Shown: positions 27,653-33,250 of the stretch, one piece after another
Position numbering within the stretch: the first letter of the stretch is position 1
Layout: every line of letters starts with the position of its first letter
Assembly: GCA_964487215.1 (NCBI GenBank)
Contig: CAZAPU010000003.1
Coordinates: forward strand, 1 to 33,250
Source: an uncultured Mycoplasma sp.
GTDB taxonomy: Bacteria; Bacillota_I; Bacilli_A; RF39; UBA660
Length of the DNA: 33,250 bases
Reading direction: 5' to 3'
Position numbers and translations under genes: made by a program
The notes under the pieces: model-generated
Told to the model about the DNA's origin: nothing
Seen by the model: only the letters and a program-made list of their open reading frames with translations
Database searches by the model: none

Positions 27653-28180
27653 TTACTTTAATACTCCTATTCTATTAAGTGGCCAAATTCTTACCACTAC
27701 TTTTCCAATAATATCTTTTTTTGATATTAATCCAATATCTCTACTATCCATCGAGTTTTCTCTATTATCACCCAATACTAAATAATGATTATCTGGAATA
27801 ATTTCATTTCCTAAACTACCAGTTGAAAAATCATCTGTTACAACATTTTTTAAATAATTTTCAACATAATATTCATCATTAATATATAATTTATTATTCT
27901 TATATTCAATCTTATCACCAGGAATTCCAATAACTCTTTTTATTAAGTTTTTCATTCCATCATATTCAAAAACAATTATATCTCCTCTTTTTACTTTGAA
28001 TATTTTATAATTTAGCTTTGATATTAAAACTAAATTACCTTCATCTAAAGTTGGATTCATTGAAGGACCAACTACTTGTTGCATAGATATTACATATAAA
28101 AACAATAAAACAACTACAATGAATACTATAAAATATTTAAATGTATCTTTAAAAAACTCAGTGATTTCTCTAAAATCCAT
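27653..28180 (-). CDS. lepB: Signal peptidase I
   Basis: 175 aa. N-terminal TM helix, catalytic boxes GPSMNPTL, IKRVIGIPGD and GDNRENSMDSR. Confidence 0.9.
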   Translation of the reverse strand: MDFREITEFFKDTFKYFIVFIVVVLLFLYVISMQQVVGPSMNPTLDEGNLVLISKLNYKIFKVKRGDIIVFEYDGMKNLIKRVIGIPGDKIEYKNNKLYINDEYYVENYLKNVVTDDFSTGSLGNEIIPDNHYLVLGDNRENSMDSRDIGLISKKDIIGKVVVRIWPLNRIGVLK

Positions 28181-28213
28181 ATTTTACCACCACTCAATTA
28201 TAGTATAACATAA

Positions 28214-28250
28214 AAAATTAAAAAAAGGGAGTTACAATACTCACTTTTTT
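28214..28250 (-). terminator. Weak candidate terminator after the surface-protein gene
   Basis: Short GAGT..ACTC stem flanked by an A-run and a 7-nt T-run. Marginal stability. Confidence 0.3.
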
Positions 28251-28256
28251 TATATT

Positions 28257-31238
28257 TTACTCTATTGTCTCATTAAAAATTTCTTCTTCAATTGTTGGCT
28301 CTTCTTCAATTATTGGTTCTTCTTCAATAATTTCACTAGATTGTTCAATTTGTTCTTCATTTTCACCAATAATTATTTCTTCAATTAATGAAGCTTGTGT
28401 ATTTTCAATACCTAATATTTCAATAATGGGTTCTTCAATTATTTCTTCAATTTTTGGTGTTTCAACAATAGGTTCTTCAACTATTGGTTCCTCTTCAATT
28501 TTAAGATCACTATTTTCATTAATAGTTGGTGCAATACTTTGAGCACTCATCATAGGTGCAGATCTTAATCTATTGTATTCTCTGTAGCCATCTAAATGCC
28601 ATCCATCACTTGTATTATATTTTAATACATACCATACAATAGTAGTTCCATATCTATTTAATTGTGCAAGTTTATTTCTACCATTAGTTGTAAGATAGTT
28701 ATATATTTCATCATTTAATGCTATATAAGCTTCTCCAGAACCATCATCACCTACAAATTCTTCAACATTATTTCTCTTATTTTCAAATGCTTTAGCTACA
28801 ACTCTGGCAAGAGCTCCTGTTCCATCATCCATAATTTGAACATTAGTTAATCCTGTTGGATCATAATTTTCTGTTGGTGATGGTAGATATATAGGATCTG
28901 GCATCAAATTTTTACTTTTAAGTATATAAGCTGTAGTTGTTGCACTAGTAACTTCTAAATATTCTAAATATACATTTAAATCTGATGTAATGCAGTCAAA
29001 ATTAGTATTCCAACTTGGATTTCTTAAAACTGTTCCTGTTGATAATGTAAAATCTGAACTTACTCTTGGTGCAGTTGCACTTGCTTTATATCTAACAGTT
29101 TGTTCTTTTAAAAGGTTCTCATTATAATTATAGAATCTAACTGTAAAGTATTTCTTAACAACCTTTAATGGAATTATTACTTCAACAGTTTCATAATTAG
29201 AATCTAATGTATAAGTTCCTTTTAAATTATAGTTTCCTACTGCTGATCCTACTGGTAATGTTTCAGTAAATGCAAATCCACTAGGTATTATTGCTTCATC
29301 AGATGATTGATTTTCGTAAATCCAAGTATTTCTTGGAATATTTGGTACCCTTGGTATTGCTTTTATTATTTTAAATGCTTGTGTTGGATTTGTTAATTTA
29401 TAGTTTGTATTTGTTATTGTTGCTGTTGCTGTGTAATCTCCTACATTCTTTCCTGCTCCTGCTACTGTTAATCCTACATTGTCTCCTGACATTACTCCAC
29501 TTATTCCATAAGTTGGTAATTGTTGTTTTCCATTATATACAAACTCTGTTTTTTCTCCCCACAACATTGTTACTTCTTTTTCTTTTATCTTTAATGTTGC
29601 TGTTAATGTTCCTGCATTATGATTTTTGTCTCCTGCAAATGTTGCTGTTACTGTATATGTTCCTACATTTGTTTTTCCGTTTCCTTCATATGTTACTGTC
29701 ATTCCTGCTGGTACATTTATTGCTGTTATACTTTGTTCTCTTTTATTATATGTTACTTCTTTATCATTAAATTTTATTCCACTTAAATCATATTCTGCTT
29801 TTATTATTTTAAATGCCTTGGTTGGATTTGTTAATTTATAGTTTGTATTTGTTATTGTTGCTGTTGCTGTGTAATCTCCTACATTCTTTCCTGCTCCTGC
29901 TACTGTTAATCCTACATTGTCTCCTGACATTACTCCACTTATTCCATAAGTTGGTAATTGTTGTTTTCCATTATATACAAACTCTGTTTTTTCTCCCCAC
30001 AACATTGTTACTTCTTTTTCTTTTATCTTTAATGTTGCTGTTAATGTTCCTGCATTATGATTTTTGTCTCCTGCAAATGTTGCTGTTACTGTATATGTTC
30101 CTACATTTGTTTTTCCGTTTCCTTCATATGTTACTGTCATTCCTGCTGGTACATTTATTGCTGTTATACTTTGTTCTCTTTTATTATATGTTACTTCTTT
30201 ATCATTAAATTTTATTCCACTTAAATCATATTCTGCTTTTATTATTTCATATATTCCTTTATTAAAAGTTACATCATAATTAGTATTTGTATAGCTTCCA
30301 GTAATATCATATTTTTCTACATCACTAGCTTTTGTTGCTTTTGTACTTAAAGTTAATCCAATAGGATATTCTTTCAACTCTACATCTGTTACATTTGAAG
30401 TTAATGCTTTAATATTTTCTCCATATATTCCAGAATTATTATCAATTGTTACAGTTACTTTTCTTCTATTTACAATAAAATCTTTTTCAAGTTTTGTTTC
30501 ATTTCCTAAAATATCAGTTGCTATTACTGTAACTAAATATTTTCCTGCAGTTAAAGGATCAATATTATGTTTAATATCAATCGTTACACCTTTTGTATTA
30601 TAAAATTCATCATGAGCAGTAATTAAACTTTCAAAATCTGGAATTTTATCATATACAATCATTGAATCTACAAAATCATCAATATTAATAGTTGGTGCAT
30701 ATTCATAATCTGGTATTATTTCTTCATCATCAAAATCACTATCAGATTCTAATTCTTCTTCATTAGTATAATGATCTTTGTCTTCATCTCCAAGCGGATC
30801 AAGAATAATCAATGTTCTAGTACCTGTTGCATATAAGCCAGCACTATCTGATGTAGATGTGTAATTAACAATATGAGTTCCTATTGATAATTCCTTAACA
30901 TTAATGTTAGGTTTTACCACTTCAACAACATCATGATCATCTGATACACTAACTCCTGTTAATAGATCATAATCATATCCTTTTACAACTTTTACTGTTG
31001 TAGGATTGATAACCATAATTGGTGCAGCATTATTTACTACAACTTGTGGACTATCATTACTATCGTCAAGTTCAACATTATTTAATGGTTGATAAATTGT
31101 TTCACCAACAACTGGTGTTATTACATCTTCTGGTAATTCTGTTCCTTTCTCAAGTTTTTCACCTGGGTTTGCAAATGTAAACATAAAGAAACCCATAATT
31201 AGAAATATTACTAGTGCAAATATTTTTTTCTTATCCAT
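28257..31238 (-). CDS. Large secreted/surface protein with Ig-like and MBG-type repeat domains and an acidic C-terminal tail
   Basis: N-terminal signal peptide or anchor (KKKIFALVIFLIMGFFMFTFA). Two Ig-like modules. Repeated about 70-aa MBG-like modules (..YG/YNG...GD..GL.....VG.Y..T......NY). Acidic EEPI(V/I)E tail. No LPXTG motif. The true start is probably ATG 31238, 7 nt after GGAGGG; the ORF-track start is TTG 31253. Confidence 0.85.
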   Translation of the reverse strand: MDKKKIFALVIFLIMGFFMFTFANPGEKLEKGTELPEDVITPVVGETIYQPLNNVELDDSNDSPQVVVNNAAPIMVINPTTVKVVKGYDYDLLTGVSVSDDHDVVEVVKPNINVKELSIGTHIVNYTSTSDSAGLYATGTRTLIILDPLGDEDKDHYTNEEELESDSDFDDEEIIPDYEYAPTINIDDFVDSMIVYDKIPDFESLITAHDEFYNTKGVTIDIKHNIDPLTAGKYLVTVIATDILGNETKLEKDFIVNRRKVTVTIDNNSGIYGENIKALTSNVTDVELKEYPIGLTLSTKATKASDVEKYDITGSYTNTNYDVTFNKGIYEIIKAEYDLSGIKFNDKEVTYNKREQSITAINVPAGMTVTYEGNGKTNVGTYTVTATFAGDKNHNAGTLTATLKIKEKEVTMLWGEKTEFVYNGKQQLPTYGISGVMSGDNVGLTVAGAGKNVGDYTATATITNTNYKLTNPTKAFKIIKAEYDLSGIKFNDKEVTYNKREQSITAINVPAGMTVTYEGNGKTNVGTYTVTATFAGDKNHNAGTLTATLKIKEKEVTMLWGEKTEFVYNGKQQLPTYGISGVMSGDNVGLTVAGAGKNVGDYTATATITNTNYKLTNPTQAFKIIKAIPRVPNIPRNTWIYENQSSDEAIIPSGFAFTETLPVGSAVGNYNLKGTYTLDSNYETVEVIIPLKVVKKYFTVRFYNYNENLLKEQTVRYKASATAPRVSSDFTLSTGTVLRNPSWNTNFDCITSDLNVYLEYLEVTSATTTAYILKSKNLMPDPIYLPSPTENYDPTGLTNVQIMDDGTGALARVVAKAFENKRNNVEEFVGDDGSGEAYIALNDEIYNYLTTNGRNKLAQLNRYGTTIVWYVLKYNTSDGWHLDGYREYNRLRSAPMMSAQSIAPTINENSDLKIEEEPIVEEPIVETPKIEEIIEEPIIEILGIENTQASLIEEIIIGENEEQIEQSSEIIEEEPIIEEEPTIEEEIFNETIE
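29359..30247. repeat. Two tandem copies (plus 13 bp of a third) of a 438-bp unit inside the surface-protein gene
   Basis: 29359-29796 and 29797-30234 read identical by eye except at 29379, 29381 and 29382 versus 29817, 29819 and 29820 (one Thr-synonymous change, plus Gln versus Lys). Each unit encodes 146 aa. The duplicated antisense ORFs in the track confirm the period. Confidence 0.95.
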
Positions 31239-31383
31239 AATCTTTCCCTCCAAATAAAAAACATTTAAAATACTTTAAATGCAACTGACTACCATAACAT
31301 ATAATGTTTTAGGTTCTTAAGCTTTGCGTCCTTTAATTTCTTAAAGTTTGCCTAAAAAATTTATATAAAATTTATTTATAAAT

Positions 31384-31412
31384 ATGTTATCATAAGTTTT
31401 TATTTTTTTCAA
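31384..31412 (-). promoter_or_regulatory. Candidate promoter for the surface-protein gene
   Basis: On the minus strand: TTGAAA, 17-nt spacer, TGATAACAT. This would give a ~140-nt leader. Confidence 0.3.
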
Positions 31413-31484
31413 TAAAAATACTTTAAATGTCACTTTTATTATATGCAAATATAACATTTTAAATAAATTTTATTTATAAAAATC

Positions 31485-31509
31485 AAAAAAATAGAAAAAT
31501 TATTTCTAT
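31485..31509 (-). terminator. Weak candidate terminator after the small membrane protein gene
   Basis: ATAGAAA/TTTCTAT 7-bp stem with a 5-nt loop, followed by 6 U on the minus transcript. The stem is almost entirely A-U. Confidence 0.3.
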
Positions 31510-31510
31510 T

Positions 31511-31900
31511 TTATTCTTTCATTTTAATAAAGAATGGGCTAAATTGAGTGCTTATATTAATTGAATCTCTATGATAATAATAAATATTATAACCTAAACC
31601 AACACATTCATCAGTTGTGCCATCTTCGTATTCATGAGTTTCTTTTTTTATACAAAACAATGGTTCTTTATTGTTTTCAACTTTAATAAAGTCTATTATC
31701 CAAATAGCTGCAATGCACACAAATAATGTCCAAAATACTATATCAAATATTTTATGACCTAAACTTTTTTTCTTTTCATTCGTTTTTTGAACTTTTTTAT
31801 CATCAAAAAAATCTTCTTTTTCTTCTACTTCTTTTACTACATTTTCTTTAACAATTTCCTTTTTTACATCTTTTTTAATTTTCTTTTTTCCACTTTTCAT
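31511..31900 (-). CDS. Small single-pass membrane protein with Lys-rich N-terminus, function unknown
   Basis: About 129 aa. Charged N-terminal region, one TM helix (IFDIVFWTLFVCIAAIWIIDFI) and a Cys-containing external domain. ATG 31900 follows GGAAGTG; the ORF track starts at 31918. Confidence 0.5.
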   Translation of the reverse strand: MKSGKKKIKKDVKKEIVKENVVKEVEEKEDFFDDKKVQKTNEKKKSLGHKIFDIVFWTLFVCIAAIWIIDFIKVENNKEPLFCIKKETHEYEDGTTDECVGLGYNIYYYHRDSINISTQFSPFFIKMKE

Positions 31901-31957
31901 TTTATCACTTCCTAACATTAATTTAACAATATTTTAAAAAAAAGTCAACTTCAAAAA

Positions 31958-32884
31958 TTAATCTCCCATTAGTAGCCTAATCTTACCTGTCTCATAATAT
32001 CGTTCCCCAGCAACAGGTGTTTGCTCTTTTACAATTTCCCCACCCCCCACATATTCTATATCAAATCCTGTTAATAGTTTTTTTGCTTCATTCTTGGTTA
32101 AACCAATAACATTTTCTACCTCATAATATTTTTTATCATACCATTCATATGATTTCTCTTTTTGATCTGATTGTTTCTCTATATTTAAAACACTGATAAT
32201 ATCTAATAATATTTTTCTTACAAATGGTGTTGTTGTATAACTAGAAAGAAGTGCTGTATTTTTTGGATTATCGATTGCCAAATACAAAACTACTTCAGGA
32301 TCGTTACTTGGCAAAACTGCCATAAAACTCATTATATAATTATTATCTAAATAAACACCATTATTTACTTTTTGAGCTGTTCCTGTTTTACCTCCTATTC
32401 TATATCCATCAATATATGTTAATTTTCCTCCACCATTTGATACAACACTTTCCAAGGCCATTCTCATAATTGCACTAGTATTTTTACTAATAGTTTTTCT
32501 AACTAATGTTTTATCATTACTCAAAAAAATATTATTTGTATTACTATCTAAAATACTTTTTAAAACATAAGGTTGATATAAATATCCTCCATTAACTATA
32601 GAAGAAACTGCCGTCACTTGTTGAATAGCTGTAACACTAACACCTTGCCCAAAAGCAGTAGTGGCTAATTCTAAATCTTTAACTACATCTAAATTAAATA
32701 TAATGCCCTCACCTTCACCACTTAAATCTATACCAGTTTTTTCTCCAAATCCAAATAAATCTATATACGAAAACAATTTTTCTTTACCTAATTTAAATCC
32801 TAATGATACAAACCCAGGATTCGTTCTGGTGAATACGGCAACATTTTGAATCGTCGTTTTCCTTGATATTACTGATATCTCCAA
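31958..32884 (-). pseudogene. 3' fragment of a class B penicillin-binding protein gene (SpoVD/PBP2B-like): distal transpeptidase part plus one PASTA domain
   Basis: NPGFVSLGFKLGKEKLFSYIDLFGFGEKTGIDL (SxN-box region), GGKTGTAQ (KTG box) and a C-terminal PASTA-like segment (VIGLTKNEAKKLL...). No membrane anchor, dimerisation domain or SxxK box. Frame closed by TAG at 32888-32890. The nominal TTG start has no SD. Confidence 0.8.
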
Positions 32885-33250
32885 TACCTACATTTATGTT
32901 CTCGTATAGACCAGAACGAATATTCTGGTCTATACAGGAACATTTTTGATTAAAAGAAATTTCATCACTTTGTAATGAATTCACATCTACTTTTATAGTA
33001 GGTTTTTCTTTCTTTTCATATAAGTCTAATTCTCTATCAATTATGTCTGTATTAAAGTTAAAATATACTACCATTCTTACATGTTTTCTATTATTATTTA
33101 CTTTAGTTATTTCAATTCTATCAATTAATAATTTAATTAGATGTGGTAGTTCATTCTTAATATCTACCTTCTTTGTTAAAGCTTTGCTTAACTCATTCAT
33201 TTTTTCATTCATTTTTTTGATTTCTATTTCTTTATTATCTATCCTTTTTA
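32793..33250 (-). CDS. C-terminal part of a putative large serine recombinase (partial; continues beyond the window)
   Basis: The frame is open from the window edge (..KRIDNKEIEIKKMNEKMNELSKALTKK, coiled-coil-like). It is followed by LIKLLIDRIEITKV..VRMVVYFNF, reminiscent of large serine recombinase tails. The catalytic domain is not in the window, so the call is tentative. Confidence 0.45.
   Translation of the reverse strand, partial: KRIDNKEIEIKKMNEKMNELSKALTKKVDIKNELPHLIKLLIDRIEITKVNNNRKHVRMVVYFNFNTDIIDRELDLYEKKEKPTIKVDVNSLQSDEISFNQKCSCIDQNIRSGLYENINVGIGDISNIKENDDSKCCRIHQNESWVCIIRI
32885..33250. mobile_element. Inferred end of an integrated element (prophage or skin-like intervening element) interrupting the PBP gene
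   Basis: PBP homology stops around 32820-32890, and the recombinase-like gene reads towards the junction. The exact boundary is not determinable from this window. Confidence 0.4.
32904..32936. repeat. Perfect 13-bp inverted repeat with 7-nt spacer at the element/PBP boundary
   Basis: GTATAGACCAGAA cgaatat TTCTGGTCTATAC. A related third copy lies at 32819-32836. Confidence 0.9.

Noticed and set aside
29359-30247. Tandem repeat considered as a CRISPR array or satellite.
   Set aside because: There are only two long (438-bp) in-frame units without spacers, lying inside a well-supported coding frame.
29375-30279. Four plus-strand ORFs (two 131-aa Leu-rich, two 71-aa) inside the surface-protein gene.
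   Set aside because: They are antisense or shifted-frame shadows of the 438-bp tandem repeat. They are low-complexity, duplicated only because the DNA is duplicated, and have no SD or start context.
32661-32849. 62-aa plus-strand ORF opposite the PBP fragment.
   Set aside because: It is antisense to conserved transpeptidase-coding sequence.
1-33250. Homopolymer tracts as phase-variation switches in glycosyltransferase genes.
   Set aside because: The longest A or T runs I saw inside coding regions are about 8 nt (for example near 13151, 15734, 16011 and 19871). That is unremarkable at this base composition and below the lengths usually linked to slipped-strand switching.
1-33250. Search for tRNA, rRNA, riboswitch, T-box, CRISPR, toxin-antitoxin or defence-system genes.
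   Set aside because: The intergenic regions are short and AT-rich with no GC-rich structured segments. Every long ORF has an envelope-biogenesis-type assignment, apart from the recombinase-like fragment at the edge.

Overview
Very AT-rich chromosomal segment (by eye about three quarters A+T) with a low-GC Gram-positive (Bacillota-like) gene repertoire. Nearly all genes are on the minus strand, and many are translationally coupled by 1-14 nt overlaps. Reading the minus strand from high to low coordinates: (1) the 3' end of a recombinase-like gene running off the window edge; (2) a class B penicillin-binding protein gene that has lost its 5' half; (3) a small membrane protein; (4) a ~990-aa secreted Ig-like/MBG-repeat surface protein containing a near-perfect 438-bp tandem duplication; (5) signal peptidase I and a small PH-like protein; (6) rmlA, a fused rmlC-rmlD, and rmlB; (7) a ~20 kb locus for an ABC-transporter-dependent rhamnose-containing cell-wall polysaccharide; (8) mraY-ftsW. 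The polysaccharide locus holds Wzt/Wzm, eight cytoplasmic glycosyltransferase genes including two paralogous two-domain GT2 proteins, a pyruvyl transferase, an SDR epimerase/reductase, a gacIJKL-like side-chain module, a gtrA/gtrB-like side-chain module and three GT-C-like polytopic membrane proteins. No rRNA, tRNA or CRISPR array was seen. The observations most worth following up are: the split PBP gene beside a putative large serine recombinase (a possible skin-like intervening element) with a triplicated GC-richer motif at the boundary; an orphan GT-C-like protein coupled to a bi-GT2 paralogue whose first GT domain looks catalytically degenerate; the RmlC-RmlD fusion; palindromes that encode the mirrored C-termini of convergent genes; and the recent tandem duplication in the surface-protein gene. 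All family assignments come from motif recognition in the supplied translations. No database search was run.
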